Part shown: in pieces, positions 26,823 through 37,577 of the stretch
Position numbering within the stretch: position 1 is the first letter of the stretch
Layout of the letters: every line of letters begins with the position of its first letter
IMG/VR virus record: IMGVR_UViG_3300035492_000099
Coordinates: 1 to 53,111 of that record
Direction: 5' to 3' (one strand)
DNA: 53,111 nucleotides
DNA from: a virus
Taxonomy: Duplodnaviria; Caudoviricetes
Translations under genes and position numbers: made by a program
The notes under the pieces: generated by a model
Seen by the model: the letters and a program-made list of their open reading frames with translations, nothing else
The model's database searches: none
Told to the model about the DNA's origin: nothing

Positions 26823-27140
26823 TTATTCTCCTGTGTAAAATACATTTTTAATTCCGCATTCGTTGATGTAATATTGACATATCTCACACGGCTTTGCAAG
26901 CATTTCTTTTCCATTGTTGTCAAAACGAGACACGTAAATGGAGTGTGCTTTAGAAATGTCCTTAACACGAAGTAATGCTAGGATTTCTGCATGTAAATAC
27001 TCCTTGTGAGGAAAGCCCATCTTTTCAGCAAGAGCTTTTTGTAGAGGATGGCTCTTGCTATAGGAATTACTAGCAGAAGATAACATCCTTCCGCGTTTGT
27101 CTGTCACAACAGCAGAAATAGAATATCTTTTCTTAGGCAT
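26823..27140 (-). CDS. Cytidine/deoxycytidylate deaminase-family protein
   Basis: LHAEILAL and KPCEICQ zinc motifs. Confidence 0.8.
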   Translation of the reverse strand: MPKKRYSISAVVTDKRGRMLSSASNSYSKSHPLQKALAEKMGFPHKEYLHAEILALLRVKDISKAHSIYVSRFDNNGKEMLAKPCEICQYYINECGIKNVFYTGE

Positions 27141-27209
27141 TTACATCAACCAGTGTTTTCATGGCTTCTACTCCGGTTCTGGTGAGTTTGAAGACTGTGA
27201 GTCTAAAGA

Positions 27210-27544
27210 CTATGCGGCTTCGAGCATGGCTTTGTAGATTACGGTAGGACTATTGCCGTCGCACTCGTCCATATACTGCTTCGCTGCTTTGGCCGCTTCC
27301 ACGATCATTTCTAGGGTCGGCTCAACCGGCGCCAACTTGTATCCCTCGGGGATTTGTTGAGGTTGTGGGGTGGCGTAAAGTTTCGTTCCTGCTGGCAAAG
27401 TTGCTGTAAGCATGGCATGGCAGCGAACATCTTACGGACAGAGATTAAAAGATATTGATCGTCCTCATAATCCCATATTGGAATTTGCCCGAATCGCTCT
27501 TTACACCACGCCTCAAAATCGGCTCGTTGTTGGTCTTGGTTCAT
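27210..27544 (-). pseudogene. Chimeric or frameshifted ORF pair, partly GC-rich
   Basis: MNQDQQRADFEAW... and MLTATLPAGTKLYA...IPEGYKLAPVEPT lie in different frames and meet at GCCATGCCATGC. Confidence 0.4.
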
Positions 27545-27926
27545 CAGTCTTTTCCTTTATATACATTCTTGGCAATATTCTCAAGAATCACGTTTGTTTT
27601 GCGACATTCATCATAAATAAGAGTGAACACACTCCACATGCCAAACATTATAGCACATCCAAGAAATGCAAGCATTACAACGAGAATCCCGCCTCCAACA
27701 TATGCCATCAATAAAATCAGAATTGTTGATAGTATCATGAGAATATTACATACCTCCACCATTGTTTTACGCATCGTTATTCTCCATGATGTAGGCAACG
27801 CAATCTTCAAGAAGATCGAGAAGCTGTGCATTAGACATTGTAGGAAGAACAGATACGGGAGTGAACATAAATTCTTCCAATCGAGGATAGAATTTATAAT
27901 AGCTCACAATACGCTTAATTGTCAAT

Positions 27927-28283
27927 TCACGCATTTTCTTCTTCCTCAATTTCAACCACTTTAATGAATTTACAATCTACTGTTTCATACATGGTTGAAA
28001 CAGTTTCTGCTTCCTGTTTTGATTTAAACCAGATATTTTGTAAGTAGTAATATTTGTTATTTTCACTCTTATAAAGTAGCAAATATTTCTTGACAATGTT
28101 CTTTTTCACCCGATATTCATCTTGTTCATGAAACCCCGGATAGTCAATTGTCTCCCACCCATCATCTCCTTTATGATACAGAGGACTACGCCATTCGATT
28201 GTAGCTCCATTTGCATAAGCAATAATTACATCGTAGTGTTTATGTTTTTTCTGTTCCATACTTTCTCTCCTTATTCTTCCCAA
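27927..28283 (-). CDS. Hypothetical phage protein
   Basis: HKHYDVIIAYANGATIE...EYRVK; start probably slightly internal. Confidence 0.65.
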   Translation of the reverse strand: MGRIRRESMEQKKHKHYDVIIAYANGATIEWRSPLYHKGDDGWETIDYPGFHEQDEYRVKKNIVKKYLLLYKSENNKYYYLQNIWFKSKQEAETVSTMYETVDCKFIKVVEIEEEENA

Positions 28284-28470
28284 TTACGTTTAGCATCACG
28301 AAGTTTACGCTTATCTGTCTTATTTTTCTTATTGTCTTCAAGAGCTTTATATGTCTTGAATTTACGATTAGTTTTGATTTCTTTGTTTGTCATCGAAAAG
28401 AAATTTTGTTCCACAATATTCATCCTTTAATTTGTTAGGCAGAACAGAATGTTGCTGCCATGTATGTATA

Positions 28471-28902
28471 TTAGTTTTTCTTGTCTTCTGTGTCAACACC
28501 TTTGTTAAAGGATTTTTGAATTTCTTTTTGTTTGTTATATTCATCATACACATCTGGGAGGGCTTGACGAAATTCTTGCAATGTTTGAATCAGGATGTCT
28601 AGCTTAGAAAGACGTTGTGCTTGCTTTTCTTCCCCATCAGCATAAAAATCCAATGTCACTGTCTTGTAGCAATCCTTGATCACCAATTCTGCTGATAAGT
28701 CGGTTGAACGTCCAAAGGGAGGCTTCTCATCCTCATCTCGATAGCTCGACACAATAGCCCAAGCAGAAACACTTCCTGTTTCATAAGGATCATTTGACAG
28801 GAAACGCTTTTCTACGAATTGTTTAATAATATTTTCACTCATTTTATTCCCTTTAATGGATTGAAGATGTAGGCTGTGAGACAAATTTAAAATCAACAAC
28901 AT
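28471..28902 (-). CDS. Hypothetical protein
   Basis: IKDCYKTVTLDF; real start probably MSENII. Confidence 0.6.
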   Translation of the reverse strand: MLLILNLSHSLHLQSIKGNKMSENIIKQFVEKRFLSNDPYETGSVSAWAIVSSYRDEDEKPPFGRSTDLSAELVIKDCYKTVTLDFYADGEEKQAQRLSKLDILIQTLQEFRQALPDVYDEYNKQKEIQKSFNKGVDTEDKKN

Positions 28903-29214
28903 CTCCAGAAACAGCTACACGAGATAGAAGCATTAGTCTCCACCCAGAGATGTACGTAATAAGCGATAACGTAGTCACTTCGTCCCTAGAAACATCATAA
29001 TAAAGCATTTCACTTTCTATGTCAACAACGTTGTTACATTCCTTATCAGTCATTGCCTTCCTCACAATTATCACTAAAACGCTTTAAACGGGCTTCTGAG
29101 GCGTTTTCTTTAGGAGGGTGTGCCAACACCCCATCACCTATGAAATAATCCAACCAAGGACTTTCTGGAGGCTCCCAGAGCCATTGCGTTAATTCTTTTA
29201 CATAGAATTCGTGT

Positions 29215-29820
29215 TCATTCATCATCTTCCTCCACAAATGGATGGTTTCTACTTTCTTTTCTATCATACATTTTCCAATCATAATAGAAAAGATAGTTGT
29301 GTGCATTACCTTTAAGATTGTATTTGTGTTTTGACACTGTTATTTTCACAAATGCCCTCATTCCTGATTCTTTAATAGGGGCCACACGATGAATAATTGT
29401 GTTGTCCAACCGCAACAAAGAATTTTCTGGAAATGTGATAATTTCCTTTGGTTCATATTCTTCCATCTGTTTCAAACTTTCCTCGTGATCTTCAGATAGA
29501 TTGGGAATAGTTCCCTTCATAATCTCTGTAGGAAATTTATCATACCAAATGTAATTTATATCATCACTCCCATATCCATCAATGTGCCAACCGGGACGAT
29601 TTGATGAGCATCCTTCCGATACGTAAGTGTGCTTCACTGTGACATACATGTAATCAAATAAATCTCCAACATCATTGTACACCCTGTAGACTAAGGGTTC
29701 AATCCATCCAATGTTCCTCGGGATTCTAATTGACTCCAAAGCCCTCATTTTTACAGGAAGATATTGTACGAAGCACATCTCTGTTGGAGACAAGTTGAAT
29801 GTATCAACTAAGATATTCAT
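29215..29820 (-). CDS. 2OG-Fe(II) oxygenase-like phage protein
   Basis: RPGWHIDG (HxD), IHRV, and a downstream Arg. Confidence 0.55.
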   Translation of the reverse strand: MNILVDTFNLSPTEMCFVQYLPVKMRALESIRIPRNIGWIEPLVYRVYNDVGDLFDYMYVTVKHTYVSEGCSSNRPGWHIDGYGSDDINYIWYDKFPTEIMKGTIPNLSEDHEESLKQMEEYEPKEIITFPENSLLRLDNTIIHRVAPIKESGMRAFVKITVSKHKYNLKGNAHNYLFYYDWKMYDRKESRNHPFVEEDDE

Positions 29821-29821
29821 C

Positions 29822-30205
29822 TCATTCCCATTTTGTAATCAAAGAAGAATTGTCTTTATGCATCTTCACTGCTGAAGGATTATCAAACTCATTGTTTGGA
29901 TATTGGTAGATATATAACATTAATTCCATTTGGACAAAAATAGCAACTTGCCCAATATACTTAGCTTGCACAATATCATCGGGCATTGCACCACCTGTTT
30001 TAAACATATGATATTCATGCCATTTTAATTCTTCTTCTGGATTCACCATAGCCCAAATATAGGGTATTCCATCTACAGAATCAACACGCACAGGAATAGC
30101 ACAGGAGGGCATTTGAACACGCACAATGTCTCCGATAGGTAGGATATATTTATAAATTACACGCACCCTATTCTCCCAATAAAATGAATAATTGTGAAAT
30201 TGCAA
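29822..30205 (-). CDS. Hypothetical protein
   Basis: IYKYIL...IWAMVNP...FKTGG; start probably the GTG near 30164. Confidence 0.6.
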   Translation of the reverse strand: MQFHNYSFYWENRVRVIYKYILPIGDIVRVQMPSCAIPVRVDSVDGIPYIWAMVNPEEELKWHEYHMFKTGGAMPDDIVQAKYIGQVAIFVQMELMLYIYQYPNNEFDNPSAVKMHKDNSSLITKWE

Positions 30206-30364
30206 AAGAGGATAGTAGGATATTCATTGCCAAAAGAAGGAAATCTTCGCTGTGTCTACTCAGCACACCAATGATAGTGAAGCCACTAAGAGCAAGAATA
30301 ATTATGTACAATAGAATCATTTTATTTCCCATACAAAAAGGGGCTTTATAAGCCCCTTATTTAA

Positions 30365-31336
30365 TTAAATGTCGTTGTAATCCACAACACCCGCTACGTA
30401 ATAGGAGCATACACGAGCTTTGGCATTATTATAGTCACGAGGGATTGCCACAAAATCTGCTGGATCAACATGTACTTCAAGAATAACATCTTCACCGGCA
30501 CTACCAAAATGCGGTAGATAACTCTTAGAACATACATGAAGCCCATAAGAGCACGTTGTATCACTATCTTCATCCACCCGATTGCGTGGAACAGACACCA
30601 CTGTCCCTACGCTGTTATCCATTGTATTAGAATGGATGTCTTTAAATGTAGAACGCACTTTCTTAAAACAGCGCACCTTACCATCAGCAAGAATCTTGAT
30701 GTCCGATGCTTCCAAGAAATCAAACAACTCATTCACTGCCCGATGCGAAGGGTTTTTGGACAAGCGTTTAGCAAAAGCAACAAGAGAAATAAATTTCTTG
30801 CTAAGATCACCCTTTTTCTCTAGGGCTTTTACAACACGTTCCACCAAACGTCCGTGGAATTCAGTTTCAACACCCTGCTCATCACGATATTTCAATTTCC
30901 CTTCATCACGATCAATGATGATTCCATCTTTTTCATACACCTCAAGCTGTGCCTTCAAACTCCCAAGAGCAAAAGCATCTTTCAGGATTTCATTGTTATA
31001 CGCAATATCATCAACAGACAGGTTTTCAATTAGAGTCTGTGCATCCTCAAATTGAGGGTGATCTTTTTGAAATACAACACGTTCATTGTCAATAAGGCGC
31101 GTAATCGCAATTACATTGCTTGTAGCAACATACATGTATTTTGGAAACTTGTCCAGTTCATCATCAGTGTAGGCATCGTATACCTCTTGCTCTTTTTGCT
31201 TCATTTCTTTTAGGATACGTCGAATGGTTTTCTCCGACACTTCAAACCAGTCTGCAATACGTTGGTTTGACCAACCATCTTCGTGCATTTCAATCACTTG
31301 AAGTTTATCGGAATGGTTAAGAATTTGTACAGCCAT
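30365..31336 (-). CDS. rIIB: rIIB-like protein
   Basis: N-terminal HTH; NPSHRAVNELFDFL, PRNRVDED...TCSYGLHVCS, VDPADFVAIPRDYNNAKARVC. Confidence 0.92.
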   Translation of the reverse strand: MAVQILNHSDKLQVIEMHEDGWSNQRIADWFEVSEKTIRRILKEMKQKEQEVYDAYTDDELDKFPKYMYVATSNVIAITRLIDNERVVFQKDHPQFEDAQTLIENLSVDDIAYNNEILKDAFALGSLKAQLEVYEKDGIIIDRDEGKLKYRDEQGVETEFHGRLVERVVKALEKKGDLSKKFISLVAFAKRLSKNPSHRAVNELFDFLEASDIKILADGKVRCFKKVRSTFKDIHSNTMDNSVGTVVSVPRNRVDEDSDTTCSYGLHVCSKSYLPHFGSAGEDVILEVHVDPADFVAIPRDYNNAKARVCSYYVAGVVDYNDI

Positions 31337-31369
31337 TTATAGCTCCTTTTAAAATGTTGTGGAGTGATG

Positions 31370-33352
31370 TTAATCTGATTTCTTTTCGTTGTCAAGCACT
31401 AATTTCACAAGTTTCTTAAAAACCGCATCGTCGGTAACCTTACCTAAGAAGAAATACTTTGATTGCATTCCCTTGCAAAAGTCTTCCACTTCTCCTATCA
31501 CACCACTAATGTCGTTTGAATTAAGTTCCTTAGCAAGAACCACATAAGAGTAGTTGGATGTCTCAGTTTTTCCAAATTTCGTAAATTCACTATCGTTGTC
31601 AATAATGAAATTCATTTTTGTAATCTCCATTTTACACTGAACGCTGTGATCTTTGTAATGTTTCAACAACAGAGATTTATTGTCTTCAAGAGCCTTGTTA
31701 CAGACATCTGCAACACTAGGAACACCTGCCTTCTCAATCTTCTTTGCATTCTTAGTGGTTTTCTTAATAAACTTATAGTCTTTTATGAAATCAAAATACC
31801 TGCCAATAGCGCGACTATCAAGTATGCCACTATAATCGGAAGTGTAGTAGGCATATTTTCCATCATTTAGGTCAAGAACAGATTCGCGCATCAAATTGAA
31901 ATCATGTGTTCCTGCTATATAGGAAACAGCCCTCACCTTACTATCTTCCAATCGTTTCCCCGTAGAGGCTCCTTTGGCGCGTTTAACGGCTGCTGGAGCC
32001 ACGTATTGCTCAAACGTAGGGGATAGGCCCAATACAGTAAACAAACGTCGTACAGACGATTCTGATGCATTCTTGAATACAAGGATTATACTATCATATC
32101 CACTGTTACGAGCCTTTTCACGCCCATATTGCATTACACCTATCTGCTTCGCTTTAGGTGGAACAAAAATAACATGAAGGGATTTCTCTGCCAGTGTGGG
32201 CAGAGCCACAGCACTACCCATGATAGCCTTACGACGAGGAACACTGTAAAGATAATTACACTTCAAAGATTTACGCAGCGGCTTATCCACCTTACCACCA
32301 CGATATGTAAATGTGTTGCTCAAAACATTCAAACTACCAAAATTCTTCTGAATATACAAACCTGCTTGATAGACATTCGGACAAGCATCAATTTGCTCTT
32401 GTGTTATTTTCTTCAAATTTGCAAAATATTCATTTGCCTTCTCTGACAGATTTTTCTTTGTCCGTTCTGTCATAGAAAGAGATTCCCTACTAGGAGTCAC
32501 TTCCAAGTCACCAATATTGTATTTCAGGAACACAGTGTTGTTATAACGATAAATGATTTGGTCATAGTATTTCTTGTTTTCATCATTCAAATCTAGGTCA
32601 TATTGAGTGACAGGATAACAAACACCGCCCATCACAGCATAGATGGATTTGTTGTAAAGATTGCTTCCCGTAAGGGACACTTTCCGAGAAACGATTCCCT
32701 CCTTTTCAATCATCCCTGCAATATCTTCCATTGCAAACTTAAATTCGGATGAGCCTTTTACAATTGGCTTTGTCTTAAAGAAAGATAGAATGAAGGATGC
32801 TTCCCATGTAAATTCACTGACCCTACTTGTGCTAATAGGAACAGAAATCTTTACACCATTTTCTTTCTCTGTATTGTCTTCGTACACCAAAGCCACTTGC
32901 GGAGCACCATCCTCACCAATGAATGCCTCGTATACACGTTCCATCCCATTTTTACGAGCAGTGATGGAGAATGTGTCGGACATTGTGAAAGGAGTTTTAC
33001 TTCCCAACCCAAACATTCCAACCGCATCATTTGTGGATTGCTTAGTCGATGTGAAGTAGGAAGTGAAGATGGAACGCACACCCTCATCATCCAACCCCAA
33101 CCCAAAATCTTCCACTTCAAAGAAAGGATTAATGAAATTAGGAAGTGTCACAACAAATGGAACATCTTCCTTTCCAGCTTGTACGTGGCTATCATAAGCG
33201 TTGCAAGACACTTCACGAATAATTGCTGCCACTTTGTGCTGATACAAACCATCAGATAGGATACGAAAAGCATGTCCTGTAGCATTGATTGTGAATTTAC
33301 TTTGCTGTGTGGTGTTTGTTTTGACAACAGACTTGGTTCCTTGAACAATCAT
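31370..33352 (-). CDS. rIIA: rIIA-like protein (HATPase N-terminus)
   Basis: LSDGLY...IREVSCNAYDSH, EDFGLGL, STK, GMFGLGSK. Confidence 0.92.
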   Translation of the reverse strand: MIVQGTKSVVKTNTTQQSKFTINATGHAFRILSDGLYQHKVAAIIREVSCNAYDSHVQAGKEDVPFVVTLPNFINPFFEVEDFGLGLDDEGVRSIFTSYFTSTKQSTNDAVGMFGLGSKTPFTMSDTFSITARKNGMERVYEAFIGEDGAPQVALVYEDNTEKENGVKISVPISTSRVSEFTWEASFILSFFKTKPIVKGSSEFKFAMEDIAGMIEKEGIVSRKVSLTGSNLYNKSIYAVMGGVCYPVTQYDLDLNDENKKYYDQIIYRYNNTVFLKYNIGDLEVTPSRESLSMTERTKKNLSEKANEYFANLKKITQEQIDACPNVYQAGLYIQKNFGSLNVLSNTFTYRGGKVDKPLRKSLKCNYLYSVPRRKAIMGSAVALPTLAEKSLHVIFVPPKAKQIGVMQYGREKARNSGYDSIILVFKNASESSVRRLFTVLGLSPTFEQYVAPAAVKRAKGASTGKRLEDSKVRAVSYIAGTHDFNLMRESVLDLNDGKYAYYTSDYSGILDSRAIGRYFDFIKDYKFIKKTTKNAKKIEKAGVPSVADVCNKALEDNKSLLLKHYKDHSVQCKMEITKMNFIIDNDSEFTKFGKTETSNYSYVVLAKELNSNDISGVIGEVEDFCKGMQSKYFFLGKVTDDAVFKKLVKLVLDNEKKSD

Positions 33353-33393
33353 CTTGATTCCTTTTGAGTAGATAAAATAAAAGCGACAAGGAC

Positions 33394-33423
33394 ATAATAG
33401 CCCAAGTCGCTTAGTGGTGTCAA
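33394..33423 (-). promoter_or_regulatory. sigma70-type promoter for rIIA
   Basis: TTGACA-18 nt-TATTAT. Confidence 0.6.
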
Positions 33424-33435
33424 CTGTTTATTTTA

Positions 33436-34194
33436 TTATTTCAAAAATTTGTTTAGTTGAGTTTCTTGTTGTTCAGTTGATAATTGTTGCACAATGGTAT
33501 CTTTTGATTGTGGCAAATAATTTGCCATTCGTTCGACACCGATGTCAAAGTATTTTTCATTCAACTCTATGCCAACAAACTTTCTACCGACGTTCAAACA
33601 AGCGACACCCGTCGTAAAACTGCCACTAAAAGGATCAAGGACAACCTGCGGGTTATAATCCGGTTCCGTGATTAATTCCTCAAGCAATGGTATGACTTTC
33701 TCTGTTGGGTGTACCATTTTTTGCCCAGATAAACGGCGATATTTTAATATATTACTTTTATCGTTAGATTTTGTCACAAATCTACCTTTAGTTAATAGTA
33801 GTATAAGTTCAAAATTCGGCCTCCAGTTTCCACCCATGCCGAACCAATCTTTATCCCAAACTAACAGATTTTTAACGTCGAATCCTGCGTTTTTGCCAGA
33901 TTCGATAAATTGACCGACAGAATGATGCGAGCAAAAGAAAAACCCCGCACAGTCTGTTTTGGGCAAAACTCGATAACATTGTTGGAAAAACTCATCTGCC
34001 CAAGATAAATCTGAGTCATTTGCGATTTTAACATTATGAAACTTACCCGATTGACGCTGTGGGGTTAAATCCATTCCGTATGGAGGGTCAGTGAGAATCA
34101 TATCCACACTACCGTCAGGTATTTCTTTCATCCTTTCTAGGCAGTCACCATATAATAGTGAGTATCTTTCTGTAATTACGTCTTTTTCGCTCAT
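33436..34194 (-). CDS. Orphan N4-C/N6-A DNA methyltransferase (beta class)
   Basis: GDCLE, TDPPYG, HPTEK, VLDPFSGSFTTG, GIEL. Confidence 0.92.
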   Translation of the reverse strand: MSEKDVITERYSLLYGDCLERMKEIPDGSVDMILTDPPYGMDLTPQRQSGKFHNVKIANDSDLSWADEFFQQCYRVLPKTDCAGFFFCSHHSVGQFIESGKNAGFDVKNLLVWDKDWFGMGGNWRPNFELILLLTKGRFVTKSNDKSNILKYRRLSGQKMVHPTEKVIPLLEELITEPDYNPQVVLDPFSGSFTTGVACLNVGRKFVGIELNEKYFDIGVERMANYLPQSKDTIVQQLSTEQQETQLNKFLK

Positions 34195-34345
34195 TTTAAA
34201 AATAACACCTTTAAATTGATTGTTTTATATAGGCAGGGTATATGTAGATATGCCCTAGAAAATTATGTGCATTTTTGTGAGTCAAAACAGCCAAAACACA
34301 TATTAAAAATGCACATTTTTAACAGCGGTTCCCCCTGAACATCTC

Positions 34346-35359
34346 TCAAAAATCATCCCACCCTTTGACACTTCCAGATTGTGAATACTCTGTCACTGTC
34401 GTTTCAAAGAAATTCTCACGCCTATCTGAATCCAAGTATTCATAAGGGTCTTTATTATACCCTTTATAGATCACCCCTGTACCAACAGCCTTTGACCTCT
34501 GATTGGCTAGATACTTGTTGTATGCCTCTGTAGAGGCTTCAGAGATGCCTAGAATACGATTACCGTAAACCTCTTTCCCCCAAGCAATCTCTTGTTCCGT
34601 AGCCTCTGTGAGAGTGTCAACAATCAATTTCTTATCGTGCTCATTCTCAAAGTCAAACACTTCTTTGAGAAGATAGTTCATGAATGAGACATGTGTTGCC
34701 TCATCATTATCAATATATTTAATCATCTTAGCCACTTGCACGGCTTTATTGCGAGAAGCTAATTGATAGAAATATTTAAACCCATTATAGAAATAGATGC
34801 CTTCTAGGGCAAAGTCTGCTGCCAATGCCACTTTAAAATTCTCTTTTGTTGGATTATCTGCAAACAATTGGTATTTACGAGCAATAGCTTTGTTTCGTTC
34901 CAACAACAGTGGGTTGTTACGCCAATAATTGTAAATTTCTTCCCGTTCAAAATTTGGAAAAAGTTCTTGTAAAATATACTGATATGACTGACTATGAATC
35001 AACTCCTGAAATTCTTGCAATGTAAAGATAGCAGAAATCTCTGGTGCAGTAATGTAAGCAGAAAGTTTTGGAAGGTTGGCAGTTTGCATACTGTCCAAGG
35101 CAATTAAGAATGATAGTGTATTCTTAAATGCTTCCATTTCCTCTGGTGTCAGTTCTTTGATTGTTGTCTTATCTTCCACCAAAGACACCTTTTGCGGAAT
35201 CCAGTGGTTGTTAAGCATAATCTGAAAGAGCTTAGATGCCCAAGCGTAGCGCACTGAATTTAAGTTGGCAATCCCTGTGGTGTTTCCACCAATTACACTC
35301 CGATGCTCTGTACTATCATCCCCATTTTCATTAAACACTAGACGTTCTTTTAATAGCAT
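34346..35359 (-). CDS. nrdB: Ribonucleotide reductase class I beta subunit
   Basis: WIPQKVSL, QELIHSQSY, LEGIYFYNGF, DEATHV, NFFE. Confidence 0.95.
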   Translation of the reverse strand: MLLKERLVFNENGDDSTEHRSVIGGNTTGIANLNSVRYAWASKLFQIMLNNHWIPQKVSLVEDKTTIKELTPEEMEAFKNTLSFLIALDSMQTANLPKLSAYITAPEISAIFTLQEFQELIHSQSYQYILQELFPNFEREEIYNYWRNNPLLLERNKAIARKYQLFADNPTKENFKVALAADFALEGIYFYNGFKYFYQLASRNKAVQVAKMIKYIDNDEATHVSFMNYLLKEVFDFENEHDKKLIVDTLTEATEQEIAWGKEVYGNRILGISEASTEAYNKYLANQRSKAVGTGVIYKGYNKDPYEYLDSDRRENFFETTVTEYSQSGSVKGWDDF

Positions 35360-35405
35360 ATTCTCTCCTAGAAAACAAAATAAGGGAGCACGATGCTCCC
35401 TTGAA

Positions 35406-37577
35406 TTAGCCGCTACAGGCTACACAATCATCCTCTCGTTCTTTCACTGAACGAATATAATAGATGGTTTTTAATCGTTTGTCAAACGCATAGTGGATTG
35501 CATCATACAAATCTTTAGCATTGAAGCCCTGCTTGTTCTGATCGAACATGAGTTCCATACTAATTCCTGTATCCACCCACTTTTGCATCTCTGCAACAGC
35601 ATCAATAATCTCCTTAGCATCAAATTGAGATTGTGTTTTCATATAACCAATTGGGTTTTCCTTTAGGAAACGAGAACCCACCTTCAATAACCCATTTTTA
35701 TTGTCCTCCGCAAAGAATGCTTTAAACACAGGCTGAACAGAGGCAGAAGCATCTTGATAGATTGATGTACTCGTTGTTGGTGCTGGACTTGTCAATTGAC
35801 TATTGAAAATTCCATGCTCATCAATTTGTTGTTGCAAATAACCCCAATCACATTTACCACCATGCGAAGCAAATCGTTTTGTCATGTTGCCATTCTTCCA
35901 TTCTGAAACATCATATGCTTCAAACGTCCCATGTTTCTTGGCAAGATCAACACTTTCCAATGCTGCGTTATATTCAATCACTTCAAACATATCAGAGATT
36001 GTTTCAAGATCATCAAATGTCTTATACTCCCTTGCAAGATAGTCATGAATCCCCATCACTCCAATTCCAATAGTGCGGTAGCGTTTGTTATGTGCTTCTG
36101 TAATCTCATTGGGATTTTTTGTTAAATCAACCCCACGATTTAAAATACGACACGCCATGCGTGATACATAAGCAAGATCATCAAAATCTTTGATATTCCC
36201 CATGTTAATACTACCAAGATTGCATACATGTCCGTATACATCTGGCTTTACATTTGAATACGATTCCGTACAAAGGTTTGCGCAAGGGATTCCATATGCT
36301 TCTTTATCCCCTTTATTTGGATTCGCTTCATTCATCCTATCTGTAAAAGCAAGGTAAGGTAAGCCAGTCTCAAACTGAATACGCATGATCTGTTTCATAA
36401 TGTCACGAGCATTGGGAATGATCGAGGACACTTTCAACTTTCCAGATTGTGCTGCTTGTTCAATCTGCAAATAAGCTTTTGTAAAATCTTCTCCATATAG
36501 CCCACGAACATCAATACCAAGCTTTTGTTTCACTTCAAACGGGCAGAACAACACCCACTGCTGTTGATTCTTGTCTCGTTCCATGAACACATCAGGGACA
36601 GTGATTTGTGGGAATACATCATATGCTTTCATACGAATATCCCCATGTTCTGTTTGCATGTTAAGGAAATCGAACAAATCATTATGCCAAATTGGAAGGG
36701 CAACCGTACCAGCACCAGCACGTTTACCTCCCTGATTTACAGCAACGAGGGTGTCATTGAAAATCTTAACCCATTGAACAATACTCCCTGCTGCATTCTC
36801 GTTTCCATTGACAACACTCCCCTTTGCTCGAAGATAGCCTAAGAAAATACCAATACCGCCACCATTCTTGCTAATCTCGGCAACACGCTTAACATTGTCG
36901 AAGATGGAGGAAAGGTCATCTTCAACTGAAACAATAAAACAAGAAGCTGTGTTACCACCATGCCTCAGATTCAGCATGAAAGGCGTAGCCAAACTGAACT
37001 TCCTATTAGACAGGATATCATAAACAGATTTTACAAACTCCATGCGGGTTTCTACTGGCTCCGCTTGACCAAATCGCATGGCATTTCCCATGTGCATAAT
37101 CTGGTTCACTTCATTCTTCCCGAGATATTTCTGCTTTGCTGTTAACAAAGAGGCATATGAATGGTTCAAATCCCTATTGTAATCAATATACCTTCCCAGA
37201 ACATCTAAGTCATCATCTGTGTAGTAATCTAACACCTGTTTAGTCCAAACACCCTTAGAACAAGCATGTTTCGCCCATTGATTAAAAGTTTTCCCTTTCT
37301 GCAAAAAAGAATGAAATTCATCCATTGCGAAAGCATGTCCGGCAACCATTAACCACTCTGGGTTGCTCGCAGTGGCAAGTTGCAAAGCGTGTTGAATAAT
37401 ATTCGCTTGAATTTCTTGTGTTTTAATACCGTTTTTAACAAAGTAGTCAATCCTTGATTCCAACTCCAAAGGGTTAGCATCCGTTCCTTCGCAAGCATAC
37501 GCAATACTTCGTTTCACTTTTAAAATATCAAATTCTTCTTTTTCCCCATTTCGTTTTGTTACTAGAATATTTTTCAA
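35406..37577 (-). CDS. nrdA: Ribonucleotide reductase class I alpha subunit with ATP cone
   Basis: VTKRNGEKE ATP cone, ASCF, QGGKRAGA, NLCTE, CNLGS, PTTSTS, KTIYY, C-terminal CVAC. Confidence 0.96.
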   Translation of the reverse strand: MKNILVTKRNGEKEEFDILKVKRSIAYACEGTDANPLELESRIDYFVKNGIKTQEIQANIIQHALQLATASNPEWLMVAGHAFAMDEFHSFLQKGKTFNQWAKHACSKGVWTKQVLDYYTDDDLDVLGRYIDYNRDLNHSYASLLTAKQKYLGKNEVNQIMHMGNAMRFGQAEPVETRMEFVKSVYDILSNRKFSLATPFMLNLRHGGNTASCFIVSVEDDLSSIFDNVKRVAEISKNGGGIGIFLGYLRAKGSVVNGNENAAGSIVQWVKIFNDTLVAVNQGGKRAGAGTVALPIWHNDLFDFLNMQTEHGDIRMKAYDVFPQITVPDVFMERDKNQQQWVLFCPFEVKQKLGIDVRGLYGEDFTKAYLQIEQAAQSGKLKVSSIIPNARDIMKQIMRIQFETGLPYLAFTDRMNEANPNKGDKEAYGIPCANLCTESYSNVKPDVYGHVCNLGSINMGNIKDFDDLAYVSRMACRILNRGVDLTKNPNEITEAHNKRYRTIGIGVMGIHDYLAREYKTFDDLETISDMFEVIEYNAALESVDLAKKHGTFEAYDVSEWKNGNMTKRFASHGGKCDWGYLQQQIDEHGIFNSQLTSPAPTTSTSIYQDASASVQPVFKAFFAEDNKNGLLKVGSRFLKENPIGYMKTQSQFDAKEIIDAVAEMQKWVDTGISMELMFDQNKQGFNAKDLYDAIHYAFDKRLKTIYYIRSVKEREDDCVACSG

